NCBI GenBank assembly: GCA_964016885.1
Contig: OZ024740.1
Coordinates: 298,654,001-298,718,000, forward strand
From: Eledone cirrhosa
Lineage: Eukaryota
Length of the DNA stretch: 64,000 nt
Reading direction: 5' to 3'
Of this stretch, positions 1 to 14,361 are shown in pieces. Within the stretch, counting starts at the first letter, position 1. Each line of letters starts with the position of its first letter. The position numbers and the translations under genes were made by a program. Below the pieces are notes generated by a model. It was not told the DNA's origin, searched no databases, and saw nothing but the letters and a program-made list of their open reading frames with translations.

Positions 1-180
1 GACATGCTTTGTAGCATACAGTTACATCCCTTTGTGTTCTGAGTTCAAATTCTGCTGAAGTTAGCTTTACCTTTCATCCTTACAGGGTCATTAAAATAAA
101 GCACCAGTAATGGACTGGGGTGGATTTCATCAACTTTCCCCTCTCCTCTAGGCTTTGTGCCTATAGTAGAAATCCTTATT
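1..180 (+). mobile_element. tRNA-derived SINE, family M (5' part cut by window edge)
   Basis: B-box GAGTTCAAAT followed by CTTTCATCCTTACAGGGTC...AAAATAAAG(C/T)ACCAGT and tail GTGCCTATAGTAGAAA; same core at 14362, 35818, 41640, 57015. Confidence 0.8.
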
Positions 181-1149
181 ATTGATCACTTTATTTGCTT
201 AGATGAACTCCTTACACTACTACACTACTACATATGAACATCAGCAATAGTAAAAAAGAACAGTGTGAGGAGGTTGCAAGTGATTTGAAAACTGTATATC
301 AGAAGCTATTTTTAGTTGGCTCATCATTTTTAATGATCATACCTGAATGTGAGGTCTTGTGTAACCCAGAATAAAAAGAATGGCACAAGATAAAAGAGTT
401 TGAAGAAATATTACTTAGCTTAGCTTGGAAAAAGTTGTATTTTCTGTGATTCTATAGCTGAGTTAATGTTCAATTACATATTTTAATTCTTGTTTTTATT
501 TTCTTAACATTTATTTTCTCACTTGCTGTATGTATCACCTGCTGTTCCAGTATGTTAAGACAGTCGGCATTATATTTTCTATTTTCAATAGCTTATTCTT
601 GTCTTTTAAGCACCTTTTTCTTACTGTTCTCTTTCTATCTCTCTTATATATTTTATTACGCATATGTATATTGTCATTGTCATTGTCTATTGTAATCCAG
701 TTAGTCACTTACACATGAAACACACAAATATTCTTTACTGAAGCAAATTATGAGTATTGTTGACTTATAGTAATCTCTGTGTTGATATCAGGCTTCCATA
801 TGTGTACAATGCATAAACAAAACCTATAAGATTTGTATTTGAATGCATTTTGTTAGCAGTAGTCTCTCACTTCAGTTCAATTCAAATTTAATATCTTATT
901 ATTTGTATAAAATACAATGAACATTTTGTTGCTACCAAAGTTAAAATTTTAACAACAATGAAAATATATCAAATAACAATAATAATACTATAATAGATAT
1001 GAACTATAATAGTAAGTACAGTAATTTACAATAATTTCAATGTAACATGATTATAAATAGATGTCTAAAGATATAGCAGCATTCCATCATTAGTAGAGTG
1101 TAGTATTCAACTCTGGGACATCATCTCTAACAACACTATCAACTCTGTT

Positions 1150-2200
1150 TTCAATTTTATCCTGTACACTCTTCTTTCTATACAACACTAATCTACTTGA
1201 TGTTATCTCGCCCATTCCTATGCAGATGATATCACTCTTCATTCCTCCCCAAAGTGTTGTCCACAATCATGCTAGTCACCTCATATCAAACCTGTAATGT
1301 CTCCTTGGATAGAGCCCTAAAATACGTCCTCCAATAAGTCATTTCCACCTTGTTGATTTCAGCTGAAAGACACAATCACTACACATATCATGAAAACAGA
1401 TCTTACTCTGAACATGAACAGCATTCAAGCTTGCTATAACTACTACCATACTACACCTCTTCATCACTAAGCTTCTTTTTAGGCAAACACATATCATCAA
1501 CACACCAAATAATGCATCTTAAAGGCTGATTTTCTTCTTCATGATCATAGCAACTACTAACCTACAAAACCCAAGTCACAATGGAATATTGCTCCTTCAT
1601 TTGGGATAGTGCTGCTGTTACCCATACAGGCATCCTATAAACTGCATTCCCCAAAAGGCCACCTGTCTGATTGGCATGAAGCTGCTCACCAATACACTTT
1701 AACCCTTTAGTATTTAAACTGGCCATATTCGGCCAAAATTCTCTCACCTCTTTCTGTTCAAACCGGCCATAACCGACAACTTATACCAGCGTTATGTTAT
1801 TGTTCTCAAAATAAATAATATCAAAATCTCATAGATTCAATATTATGTGAGGTAAAGTCTTTCCCATGAAAAAAACAATATAGTAAATATAGAGTAATTT
1901 AAAGGCTCAAGTGTTAATGTCTGACCCACAGTCATACTGTTGCTTCTCTCTTTCTTTTCTACCACTCCTACATCAACCTCTTCTCACATATGGCTGGTCT
2001 TGTGCTATCTTCTCCAAGAAACTTCTGGTCCACTTGTTTCTCCTCATACAACCTATACTGTATCACACCACAATAATTCCCAGTACTTCCACTCCAGAAT
2101 GCCAGCCCCTTCTGGAATTTCCATCCAATGTATGTTTTTTTTTCAGTAGCTATCAATTTGCAGCTATTCAAGAGGTGCTGAAGTATTTTCTGGGCTGGAA
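1150..2200 (+). mobile_element. Degenerate CR1/Jockey-like LINE RT 3' fragment, interrupted by a MITE
   Basis: HSYADDITLHS near 1213 and YKTQV..MEYCSFIWDSA near 1563; many stops and frameshifts. Confidence 0.6.
1699..1917. mobile_element. piggyBac-type MITE, family A
   Basis: TTAA|CCCTTTAG terminus and TTAA at the other end; body is the reverse complement of copies at 8344, 9418, 37595. Confidence 0.75.
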
Positions 2201-4544
2201 GAGAGAAGCCAGTCTTTGTGATACACTCTTTGCTATATTTAGTATGTGTTTTCTTTAGGAGAAATTGCCAATTATGGCGAGCCTAACTTTTGTAGTGAAA
2301 GCTGTATTGGTAGTAATTGAGTAGCGAAAGAGACTGAAGATATTGGTGAAGGTTGTTATTAATGACTGTCTCCAACACATTTGAGATATTAGGAGTGTCC
2401 CAGAGAGCAATAACATGTAGGATTTATGCATTAGTAAAAGATAATGTATCTGGTCTAGATTTGATTGGAGTCCATAGATACTGGAGAAGAGGAGGGATAA
2501 TTATTAGTTGGTTTAATTTTATATTTTCAATATCAAAGGAAGTATAGAGGATGCATTCTGTGAGGTTACTGTCACTCCAAGCAACAGAGTAAATTCCCCT
2601 AATAAGAACCCTGGTCCTCAAGCTAGTATTAAACTTGGCAACATGATGCTCCACCACAAAAAAAAATAATGGGTGATTCAGCACAAAGATTACAACAGTA
2701 ACATTAATGATTGACTTAACTAGTTGTATTCTTGTTTTTAGAAAAATAAAGTTTTTATTTAAAACATTAACAGGAGACTGTCTACTAGCAAAGGTAAGCT
2801 CCCAGTTGGTTGAATTTACAAATTGGTTTCAATCATCACATGAAACCAATTTCATCATCTTTAATACCCTTGAGAAAGACACAAATATTGCAAAATCTTA
2901 GTTTTATTTTCTTCAGCCTGAGGTTAGGTATTTATGCAGGAAATTAACATGATTCTCATATATGTTTATGTATTAGGAAAGCAGTCAGTTATCAAAACAC
3001 CAAAAGTCCTCCGAGTGTAGTGTTATGTCTTTGTTAATAAGGTATGAGAATCTAAGATGCAGTAATTATATTATTAACAATGGCACCAGTTATAATGTCA
3101 AGATTGATCTGTTGAAATTGTAAGCAAACAAACCAGGCAATTCAGAAAAGGACTGCGAATTTACTGTAGAATTCAGATAACTATATTAAGAGAGATACCA
3201 AACTATAATTGGGACAGTTTCAAAGAAAACACAGATACATGTGTGAACATATTAGTGTGATAGCAAAATGCAAAACTATTACTATGAATATTGTATATTG
3301 CAAATATATGATTATATAAATGTCAGCTACCACTAGAACAAAGATAATGATGGACATTGTGTTTTGAAAGAGATTTATTTTTATCAAGAGCTGTATTGAA
3401 AATATTCTGAAAGTATCACTAAGGGTTCATAAAAAAATGGAAGTCATGTGTTTCAGTGAAATACAGGACTCAATAATGAACAATATAAAGACCAAAAGAA
3501 GTTAAGTTATTGCAAGATGAACTAGGTTTTTGTCTCGGCATACCTAAGCTTATTATAAAATTTCTGCCTTGTGTATAATTGTGAGTTTGACAAACTTGAA
3601 GGGGATCAAAGTGTTGAAAAGGAATTGATATAGATGATACTAATTGAGGGCTTGTATCATACATTCTATATATCAAAAATGTTGGACTAGCTTCAGATAG
3701 AAAATATAATATTCAATGCATGTGTGAACATCATACAGCAGCAAGAAATAATATCAAATTTTAAGAGTCAACATTCCTCATGAGGTAGAACTAGGAATAG
3801 CCAATACCTATCATCTGCCTGAAATTTAAATGGAAATTTTGCAGTTATGGACATGCATTTATTAAAGGGAAATACTCTATATTTGGAAAGAAATGCAAAA
3901 TATATAACAAAAAGAACAGAAAGGACTTTGTTAAAGAAATTGATGATAAAAGCTCTGACACTGAAGCAAATTATTTACATTACAAGGCAAATGGTAAAAA
4001 AATACCTTACCTTGTCTTAAGTTAAGCTGAATAACATCACTTTAGATATACAAGTGAATACAAGTAGCAAGGATATCTTAATTTCAGGAAACGTTTTGGG
4101 TGCTCTTTAGTCAGGCTTCTGTACAATTTAGCCAGTTTGTTGGATCAGCAATTCAATTTTGGGGTATTTTTCATAGCATTCTAGAAACAGATACTCAACA
4201 TGTAATTATAAAAATAGTGATTGTGGATTATGATTATAGTTATGATCTTGTTAGAATTGATGTATTGAATATTAAGATTAATTGACCCCGTTAAACTTGC
4301 CACTGATGACACCACTGTGCTAAAATATTATATGATCAGCACGAACCTGAAGAAAAACACACATATTTTGAATCTTGGAAACTTCCAATTTATAATTTTT
4401 TCCTGTTGAACATTTTGAATAATGAAAAATAATTGAACTGGGCATATTGGAGCTTGTTCTACTCTGTGGGAGCAAGTGGGCATTACCTATTGTAGTTATG
4501 CAAATTTAGATGAAGATTTACATATGTGATCATTATAGGGTATA

Positions 4545-4910
4545 TCATCATCATCGTTTTAACAACTGCTTTCCCTGCTAGCAAGGGTTGGACAGGTCTG
4601 CATAGGCCAAGTCAGTACTGAAGTGAAGCCACTGATCTCTCAGGTAGGCCAGGGATCTGTGTCTTGCTTTATGTACAGTTGACGCTCCATCGAGTGCACA
4701 GGGAAGGTTGTCATCTCTTTGACACATCTGGAAGTCCTCCCGACCCTTTTGTTTGGCAAGCTTTCTGCAGCTGGTTGCCCTTCCTTTAAAGTGTGTACTG
4801 GGTGTGTTTATCGTGTAGATCACCAACACTAGGGAGGTTGTCATGCCCTTGACATGACTGAAGTTTCCTCCTGACCCTTTGTCTTGGCAAGCTTTCTATG
4901 ACTGGATGCT
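4545..4910 (-). mobile_element. RTE-tailed SINE or LINE 3' fragment
   Basis: (CAT)n followed by the reverse complement of the RTE-type 3' end, plus CTGGATGC motif. Confidence 0.5.
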
Positions 4911-5242
4911 CTTTTATAAGGTATATATTTCAAAATTGGTTGGGACTAATATCCAAGCCATAGTATTGAATCTGCCGTTTACTCATGAACTGAAATTGTT
5001 TTTGGAAAATTCAAAGAAATCACTAATGTTGGCAACTATTGGTTTGTTGAGATGGATACAAATACCTTGGCATAAAAACTACAATTGCCATTTTTCAAAA
5101 TGCAATAGTAAAGACTCTGTGTGTGTATGTTGGCGGAGGGGGCATAAATAAAATAATATAATCTATCTGGGTGGTTTGAATGCAAATACTAAAGAGGAAT
5201 TGAAGCTGAAGACCAATACATGCATGTATGACAAATGTATAT

Positions 5243-5444
5243 TTAACCCTTTGATACCAACACACCTAAAACTACACATGGTTCTGTGATTAAATGGTCC
5301 ATTTTAAACCTTCCATCATAATTTTATACAAAACCTTTTTTTTTTATGTTCCAAACATCAGCTTGATAATTCTGGATTATTGTCAGCGTTAACTGAAACA
5401 CATTCAAATGTATTTGATGAGAAATATGATAATGAAATTGTTAA
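5243..5444. mobile_element. piggyBac-type MITE, family B
   Basis: TTAACCCTTTGATACCAAC...GAAATATGATAATGAAATTGTTAA; homologous to 38915-39179. Confidence 0.7.
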
Positions 5445-5519
5445 CAGTAACAAAATAGCACTTTGAAAATATTCTATTATAAAGGAAGATGTTTATCTAG
5501 ATGGATATTTGGTTAGATG

Positions 5520-5700
5520 AATATTGGATGTTGGCTCCCTCCTTCCCTGTAATAAGAAAATATTTGATGTAGGCTCCCTCCTTCCCTATAATAAGAAAGG
5601 ATTGGATGTAGGCTCCCTCCTTCCTTCTAAAAAGAAACCTCCTAATAAGACAGTATTGGATGTAGGCTCCTTCCTTCCCTCTAATAAGAAAGGATTGGAA
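5520..5700. repeat. 39-bp minisatellite, about 4.5 units
   Basis: Unit TTGGATGTAGGCTCCCTCCTTCCCT..AATAAGAAAGGA starts at 5524, 5563, 5602, 5656. Confidence 0.9.
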
Positions 5701-5962
5701 TCACTTTTAGAATTGGTAAATTTTTATAATCAATATTTACCAAAATAATTCTGAAATAGTTGAACCATTTACAAGTTGTGCAAGAAAAATGTCAAATTTG
5801 TTTAAGCAAATGCAGCAAAAGTTATTCAAGAATTTAGAAAATGCACTTGCTGAAGATGTAAGGATATTTGATGTCAGCAAAGATATGTTCAGTATGAATA
5901 AATAAATAGAGAAATTTTTAAAGGAATAGAAAGAAAGTGGCATCCAAACGAGTATCCTCTAA

Positions 5963-6370
5963 CTAACTTACCCTCTGCCTCTGCATCTCAGGGGACAGGA
6001 TGGAGAATACATTGCCCTGGAGGATGACAAGGAAGATGCACCGAAACAGCCACTCCACCTCATGGGGCTTGCACCTGTGAGTGGCCAACTCTACTCCAAT
6101 AGCAGTGAGTAGGGATGTGGTCTGCGGGCCAAGAATGCAGGAAGTCTCCACTGCTGCAGTCTTTACAGCAAACCTATCAGAGAGTGGGCGATACTTGGGC
6201 AGTTTGCCCGCTTTGGTTTGGTGGGCAACAGAGCCTGGGTTAGTAGCCGAATGCACCATGTTACCACTATTGTAGGTGTCACAGCATGTGGCATTGCAGA
6301 TGAGGGGCCTACCCCTGTGGAACAGAATGATTGTCATGCTGCTGGCCTTTTGCTGTCCCCTCAGTCCAGC
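5963..6370 (-). mobile_element. CRE-clade non-LTR retrotransposon 3' fragment (RLE endonuclease)
   Basis: KRPAA..CNATCCDT..KLPKY..AVETSCILGP..EVEWLFRCIFLVILQGNVFSIL; homologous to 49030-49470. Confidence 0.8.
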
Positions 6371-6701
6371 TCCGATATTAATTTGACAACTATGCTGGTG
6401 AACATTCTATATGAGAAATTAATTTACTACAAAATTGCCACCCAGTTATATATATTTCAAGGTGATTAACTTTTACTGAATTTAATTCTTCAAATATCAA
6501 GAGAGGTTTTACCAATTGTGTGGATCACACACTGTGTTTATCATTTTTTTTACTTAGAGTTCATCTTTAACCCATGTAAAGAGTTTCCAAGGGTTATGTC
6601 TTTGAGAATACTTAGGGTGGCCATCTGACTTATGACATTTGAATTTGATGTCACACATCAAAAGAAATACCATTCCTCATGTTGACTCACACTCACAATT
6701 A

Positions 6702-6917
6702 CGAGAGGGTGTTGAAAAGTTCCTGGCTTTAAGAGGCTACAGAAACCTGGTTGGAGACCCAACCTTCTGAGTTCTTTTTACAGGGCTTAGAAAAACTGAA
6801 GGACAGCTGCAATAAGTGTGTGAATGTGTGGGGGGAATATGTTGAATAAAATTGTAATTAACTGATCTTCTTGTATTTTCTTTTACCCAAAACCAGGAAC
6901 TTTTCAGCACCTCCTTG
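6702..6917 (+). mobile_element. Non-autonomous mariner element (internal deletion derivative)
   Basis: TA at both ends; TIRs CGAGAGGGTGTTGAAAAGTTCCTGG / CCAGGAACTTTTTCAGCACCTCCTTG; retains transposase C-terminus GLEKLKDSCNKCVNVWGEYVE*. Confidence 0.85.
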
Positions 6918-8343
6918 TACATTTTCAGTTGCAACTGAGAGACATCATGTTTGAATAATGTTGATGATAAATTCATAAACTTGATATAAACTAACCTGTT
7001 GCATACTGAGCAAAAACATTTCCTGACTACAAAGGAATGTCTGAAGCAATTGCTTCAATGTTGGAATAACCTATAAATGTGTTAAATATATATATTTTTT
7101 GTTTTGTTTTATCCTGTAACTCCTGATGGAGTCGTAGTGGTACCACATTGGCATATAGCATTTCTTGTGCAGTTTTTAAGCCTGGCGGATTTTAACCCTC
7201 TCCAAGTCTACAGTTTAACTGCAGAAAATAGTAACTTTTGCAATAAGGATCTTATTGTTTTGTCAGAAGTATCTAGAAGGCAAATCATTAAAAAGGTTCA
7301 TGACAATATCCATTGTGGTATTACTGCTACATACAGCTGCCAGAAATCTGAAGCATGTTGGTCTAGTTATTTATGCATGGAAGACTATATCCACGGATGT
7401 TGTCTTTGTGCAGAGATAAAGAATTTTTAAAAGACTAGGTTTCATTTGTGCCTGAAGGAGTTGGATCCCTTGACTCTTGTACATAAGCATCATATCCATG
7501 TTAATAGTATTGGATTGATGCATGTCCTAGTTGGTTACGTTTTGGGGATTGCTAGAGGGTATTTGTGTTTTTGATAGCTAGAACTCAGCCAGAAAAAAAT
7601 GTGTTACAAGTAGTTTTCCCTTGGAATCATGTTCTGAAGTTCTCAGTGTTGGATAATGTCCCTGAATTTCACAATGATAATCTGCTCTTGATTACAGAAA
7701 ATTGACTGCATTTCTTACGTCATATTAGCTACATTAAATGAAATTGTGGAACGGTTGGTTCAAACAATTAAAATGATATTAAGATATTCTCTCCCCATAG
7801 GGAAACGTTTAAATAATTTCTCCCCTGACTATTGCTAAGTTATTGTATGAATCACCATGTAGACAGGCTAGAAAGTTTTGCTTTAAATCTTAATATTCTG
7901 TAATGATTTAGCAGAAAATGTCTAAAAAACAGGATTGTTAATTCAATTTTTATAGTATCTTTACTAGTGAACAGAATATAGTAAAACTTTGCAGTAAACT
8001 AAAACCTTTAATTTTTAATGTAATGAAGTCTTAATGCTGTTTTGTATTTTTCAAGAATGTCCTGTTAATGTCATACAGGACATGAAGAGTGAATAGAATT
8101 TTGGAGCTGTTTAAATTTGACTATGACCTATTACACTATTACTCTATTATGTGATGCTGCTGACAGCCTGAGGCCATACTGGGGGATTGTCACAGATTAA
8201 CAGATGAGTTATAAAAAGAATAATGATTCAAATCAGAAGTGTCAAATTTTGTGACACAAGCTGGAAATGACGCTGCCACCATTACTAGGAATGGAAATGG
8301 AATTTTGGTACATACAGGCCAATCAGGCTTAACTTTGAGACAC

Positions 8344-8567
8344 TTAACCCTTTAGCATTTACATTATTCTATATTTACTATTTTATTTTTTGTGGTAAAG
8401 TCTTTATCTTACATAATTATCTCACATAACATTGCATCTATGAGATTTTGATGTTATTTATTTTGAGAACAATACCTTAAAGTCAGTATGAGTGGCCAGT
8501 TATGGCCAGTTTGAATAGAAAGAGGTGAAAGAATTCTGGCCGGATATGACCGGTTTAAATGCTAAAG
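8344..8567. mobile_element. piggyBac-type MITE, family A
   Basis: TTAACCCTTTAGCATTT...AAATGCTAAAG inverted termini; further copies at 9418-9637 and 37595-37751. Confidence 0.8.
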
Positions 8568-9944
8568 TGAGAATGATTGTGAAAATGTTGACTGTATCTA
8601 TTTTAGCTATGGCATTTCTCTTTATATTAGAAGTACCTGTGATGGTTATGTGGAACAACAGGATCAGTTTATAATTGTTTTTACTTTTAGCACAAGGCCA
8701 GCACGTTACTGGTACTTTATTTTATCAACCCCATAAGGATGAAAGGCAAAGTTAACTTCAGCAGGATTTGAACTCAGGATCAGTTTATAATATCCTTATG
8801 TCACAGGAGGGTGTGAAGATATTAATCTTATATCAATATATGAGACCATTACAATGTATACTATATATTGTGAATACTATATATATACTATATATATACT
8901 ATATATATTTCATTGTTATGTTTATATTGTTGCATGATTTGTGTGGTTACATGAGATTAAGTACATATTAGTTCCATTGTTAGTTTGATTTGTCAGTGGA
9001 TAAATACTTTTGAATGCAAAAAATTACATGTGAACACAGCATTATTTGGATAAACCCTGTATGATATGACATAGCGATAAGTGATGTTCGTTTTAACCTA
9101 CAACAGTTAAAGTGAGTTTTTCTACAGCATACTGTATAATCTTCAATTATGCATTTTATTTCATCTGTTATATAAAGATTCTTTATATTGTATTTTTGAG
9201 AATTATTCATATCATAGCAACTTGTACTTTTTCTTATTAAACATTTGATAATAACCACCTCTGGTATAGCAAGAAATTTAATGTAAGGTGAATTGTGTTA
9301 TGTATAAGAGCAAAGTCTATAATTTATTTACTTGTCATTGTTTTTTTCTAATTCTTCTTCAATGCAAAGATTAGACATTAATTTGTATATGTCCAAAAGT
9401 ATGACATAGTATGATCATTAACTCTTTAGCATTTCTATTACTCTATATTTACTATTGTATTTTTGTGGTAAAGGCTTTACCTCACATAATTATCTCACAT
9501 AATATCGAATCTATGAGATTTTGATATTATTTATTTTGTGAACAATACCTTAACATCTGCATGAACGGCCGGTTACAGCTGGTTTGAACAGAAAGAGGTG
9601 AGAGAATTCTGGCTGGATACAGCTGATTTAAATGCTTTATAGGCAGTGAAGGCAGACAACTGGGAACAACAAAAAATGTTTGAACTTATTTTGTGCAAAT
9701 TATGAGATAAGAAAGTGACTGGTTATTAGATTAGTTGGCTTCTGCATTCAATAAAGTTCTGCTATGTGGTGGTAAGTATGCTGTCAGAAGCAGGCTAAGT
9801 TGTTTTTTTCTTTAACTTAGGGTATGAGACAGTGACTGAGCTCACATCACCTCAGATACTAGTGAGATCAATATAGTAAATGTTCATTTTCAACATCTGG
9901 GAATCAATGTCTGCAGGAAAAAAATGTGGAATAAAAGGGAATTT

Positions 9945-11322
9945 CAGAAATAACAGAGGACTGGCTGCCCACGGGAACTCCTGTATGCAGATGACCTAAT
10001 GCTTATAGCTGAATCTATAGCTGAATTAGAGATGAAATTCCAAACCTGGAAGCATGGCCGAGAATCAAAAGGTCTTAAAGTCAACTTGACAAAGACTAAA
10101 GTTCTAGTAAGTAGAAAGGAAAATAGGGCCCAGACCTCCCCAGGGAAATGGTCTTGCTCAGTGTGCAGAAAATTCCATCCTATGTCCCAAATGCAAACTA
10201 TGGGTACACAAGAGATGTGAGATCTCAGGCAGGCTAACAAATAATATAAGTTTTACATGTGGCCAGTGCACAGTAGTAGTAAGTAGCAAAAGCTCTCAGG
10301 ATACAAACTTCTTCAAATGTCCAGAGGGCTCAGGAGAAGTAGTAGATAGTTTCTGTTACTTGGGTGACCAAATTAGCTGTGGAGGAGGATATGCGTAAGC
10401 ATAGTACCCAGAGTGAGAAGGATTGGAGAAAGCTCAATGAGTTACTACTGCTGCTAACTATAAAAGGTTTTTCCTTCAAAATGAAAGGCAGACTGTATGG
10501 TGCATCTATACTAACAACAATGTTGCACAGTAGCGAAGCCTGGGCACTGTGTGCAGAGGACCTGCAAAGATTAGCAAGAAACGAAGCCTCCATGCTTCGA
10601 TGAATGTGCAATAGTAATATATGTGAACAACAAACCATAAATGAACTGCAAGAGAAATTAGGCAGAAGAAGGATCAGATGCAGTGTGCAGGAGAGGAGAT
10701 TGCATTAGTATGAGCATGTGATGTGTATGAATGATGACAGCTGTATAAAAAGGGGCAGAGCGCTTTAAGTTGACAGAAGCCATGGAGTGGGCAGGCCTAG
10801 GATGAGGTAATGAAAGCTGACCTTGCACAATTATACCTCTCTGAGGTGATGACACAGGACCGTGATCTTTGGCGCTATGCAGTAATACAGCAGACCCGCC
10901 CTCCCATATGCAGGAGCTGAGGCATACATCTAGTATGCACCACCTTCCCTCCTATAACCCCTCCCCCTCTAATCACCCCACCCATATATCAACCTTTCCA
11001 ATTCCCCATGCATCTTGCCCACCCAAGTCCATAATGTGGTCATCCTAGAGCCATGACAAAAAGTCCCCAGTCAAGTAGGTGTCATGACAGAAAGCGCCCA
11101 GTCTACATTGTAAACTGGTCATGTAGGTGTCACAACAAAAAGCATCCAGTCCACACTGCAAATGTGGTTGGTGTTAGGAAGGGCATCCAGCCATAGAAAC
11201 CAAGCCAAAATCAGTTCTGTGTGAGCAAAACATGGTCCTCCAACTTGGATCGCTCACAATGGGACAGCACGTCCTACCCATGCTAGCGTGTAAAATGGAC
11301 ATTAAACAAAATGAGGATGATG
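9945..11322 (+). mobile_element. 5'-truncated, decayed RTE LINE (PHD-RTE family) with 3' UTR
   Basis: ELLYADDLMLIAES..KVNLTKTKVL..WSCSVCRK; homologous to 17179-18860; frameshifts and stops; (GAT)-type tail. Confidence 0.9.
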
Positions 11323-11989
11323 GTGCTATGGGGAGGACGTATTGGGAAAAGTGGTTTTCATGTGTATCTTAAAGATGAGATATAGTAGAGGGAGTGAGAA
11401 TACCTCTTTGTATGTATGTGTGTGTGTGTGTGAGAGAGAGAAGACCCATATGACCACACATCTAAACCAAAGACCTCATGCAGTTAACCATATGGTTGCT
11501 TGCAAGATGTTAAATATATGATAATATAGGATAAGGAATGGCAGTATACTAATATGCAGATTCCTCAAATGTTTCCTATCATGGAAAATTAGTTGTAAAC
11601 AGTAGTCAAATCTCTTTGAAACCAATCTCTACTGATTCAAATCAGGAACAAATATTTGTTCACTGCAGAACATTGTGATGACTGAATGCCAACTGTATTT
11701 GGCATTAGTGAATTTATAAAGATATATATAGACATATACCCTTCTTGCATTATCAAGTTGATGAGTGAGTGACCTAATGATTTTCTTGACAAGCATTTGC
11801 CAGCGATTGGTTTTCGTAAGTACTTAGTGGATGGTGTATAGCTTTGTTGCCCATCCACTGTTTTAAATAATCAGCCCATTGCACACACATGCCCCCCCCC
11901 CCCACACAATATTAAGTGGTTCAGTAGGATCGTAGTTTACCGAGGAAGGTACTAAAATCAGCACTCTATGCTATAGCAGGGTGTATATA

Positions 11990-12400
11990 TTAAGAACAAC
12001 ATGAAGTTTCATATTTAGGTCTTTATTGATTATGAGCAGATTGGGCTGGAGTCAGGTTTATAGCATTTACATGGTGTCCTCAAACACTCCTGTCAGGAGC
12101 AACCAACTCCATTTGATCCAGCTGGATTGCCAAGCAAGACCAGCTGAACTCATGGATGTTATCCAACCATCTTGCTTGGTGTCTAACCTTGGGTCTCCTG
12201 CTGGTTGGTTTTGCCTGTAAAATCTGTCCAGCAATTTTTCCTGAGACATTCTAATCACATGTCCGTAGTATCGGAACTGTCATCTCTCAATTTGAAGAAG
12301 CAGCGGCTCCACCTGAAGCAACACTTTGATCTCCAAGCTACGCACTCTAACGTTACTCCAAAGACCCTTCAGAGGAACCCCATTTCTTCATGGATTAAAT
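11990..12400 (-). mobile_element. RTE-like LINE 3' fragment (second family)
   Basis: EMGFL.RVFGVTL..LQVEPLLLQIE..RYYGHVIRMSQE; homologous to 56060-56445 and 34130-34420. Confidence 0.7.
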
Positions 12401-12654
12401 GAAATGAAAACAAAATAATTCCTCATTACTAAAGATAGACATAACATCTAAGATAATTTTCATTCATTGTCATCATCGTTTCATGTCTATTTTTTCCACA
12501 CTAGCCTGGGTTTTACATTTGCCTTGCCATGAGTTGGACAAAATTCTTTGAGGCAGTGTTTTATTTTTAGATATCCTTTCTGATACTGACCTTTTTTTTT
12601 CACCTCTTATTACATGCAAGATAGAGTGTTCATTGTCTAGAAATTGGGATACAC

Positions 12655-13185
12655 ATGGTATATCATCATCATCATTTTACGACCGCTTTTCCCTGCTTTC
12701 AAGGGTGGGATGGGTCTTATTCAGCACAGCATCTCTCCACTTGTCACAGTCCTTCGTCATCTCCACCGTGAGCTTCAGCGATCTGAGGTCTGTTCTCACC
12801 ACCTCCACCCATGTTTTTTGCATCACGTCCATACCATCGCAGTCTCCTCTCTCGCACACTACATTCTATCCCTCTCAGACACAGTTTCTCTCTCAACACA
12901 TCCATGCTGGGTCGTTCATGCACATTGATATTGCACATCCAACAGAGCATGCTTGCCTCATTTCTCTCCAGCCCTCACATAAGCTCTGCAGTTGCTGCTC
13001 ATGTCTCACTACCATGCAGCATCGCGCTCCTCACACAGGCATCATATAACCGGCCTTTCGTACGCAGGTAGAAACCCTTCTTCATCAGCAGAGGAAGCAG
13101 CTCCTTAAACTTCTTCCAATCCATCCTTATTCTAGATACTATGGCCTTGGAACACCCCCCTCCCATGCTAATCTGATCTCCTATA
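12655..13185 (-). mobile_element. RTE LINE 3' fragment
   Basis: RIRMDWKKFKELLPLL..MLCWMCN..RERRLRWYG..KTWVEVVRTDL, ending in (GAT)n; shorter relatives at 13975-14200, 21075-21210, 62520-62768. Confidence 0.85.
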
Positions 13186-13464
13186 TGTTTATGATAAATA
13201 TCTTCAACATATTATGCACATCTTCTGTAGTCATGAACACAATTAAAATCTTTAAAATATCTTATAAATGTTTGGCCTCATAATCTTTGATAATCTCTCA
13301 TAGCAACTACATGTATATAACATAACTAGAACTTCATTCCAATTACTAGCAATCCTCTAGAGGGCCAGAAAATCATTGAATCTTGATCAGTTGATGACAA
13401 CTGTACAAAATTCTTGTCAGATTAGAGCTCTATTCATGTATCTGAGCTACTACGACTACTACTA

Positions 13465-13650
<186 letters not shown>

Positions 13651-14361
13651 GGCACTCAAAAGAAGGCCTTGTGTCTGTTTGTCACAAATTCATTAACATA
13701 TATGGTTTCTTTTATTTGACTTGTCTCTTCAACATCTTCTGCTCTGAACTAGACAGCTATATAATCCCTTCAGCAAGGCTTACACGAGACACCAGTTTTT
13801 CCCCGTCTTCCTACTTTTGCTGTTTATCAATTCACAGATCCTGCACAAAATACTTTATCCAGTCCTTGTTCCCAAAAACTGAAATTTTCTGAAACTGTTT
13901 TCCGACTCATTTTTCCTACAAATGTCCTAACTGAACAAATGTCCTAACTGAACAAAAACTGCATTCATCTCATAATCATCATCATCATCATCGTTTTTAC
14001 GTCCACTTTTCCATGTTTGCATGGGTTGGACAGGTCTTTCTCAGCATGGTATCTCTCAACTCATTACATTTATTCATCATCTCCTCTGCGAGTCTTAGCG
14101 ATTTGAGGTCAGCTTTCACAACTTCTGCCTAGGTCTTTCTTGGTCTTTCTCTATTGCAACTTCCTTCTACTAGGATTTCCTAGCATTTCTTTACTCAGTG
14201 GCCATGAAGCCTAGAAAAGTTGTTAGCAATGCCACTCTGTCTCTGACTAGCCCATAAAAAAGTACAAAGGTTTAAGAATTGTGACTGCAGGCCTGTTAAA
14301 TGCTGAATGCAGTGGATGTTCTGCTGAATTTGATGTTAACTTCCTATTATTATACTATTCA

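Larger units (their letters stand above)
5450..7870 (+). mobile_element. Degenerate Gypsy/Ty3 pol remnant (RT end, RNase H, integrase) with nested insertions
   Basis: KGLESLLELVNFYNQYLPK (RT/connection), LEFIFNP..LRILR..LMTFEFDV..IPHVD (RNase H end), IIKKVHDNIHCG..EDYIHGCCLCAE (integrase HHCC), in Gypsy order. Confidence 0.75.

Noticed and set aside
2742-2793. 52-nt candidate exon with a strong GTAAGC donor
   Set aside because: Length matches a PNPT1 exon but peptide KIKFLFKTLTGDCLLAK has no similarity
4303-4350. CTGATGA followed by a GTGCT/AGCAC stem, as a possible hammerhead
   Set aside because: Stem is displaced from the core, GAAC replaces GAAA, and stems I and III are missing
9062-9111. 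DIAISDVRFNLQQLK before a GTGAGT donor, resembling PNPT1 RDEAVNKIRLDTEEQLK
   Set aside because: In-frame stop just upstream, no acceptor AG at a suitable position, and donor phase differs from the expected one
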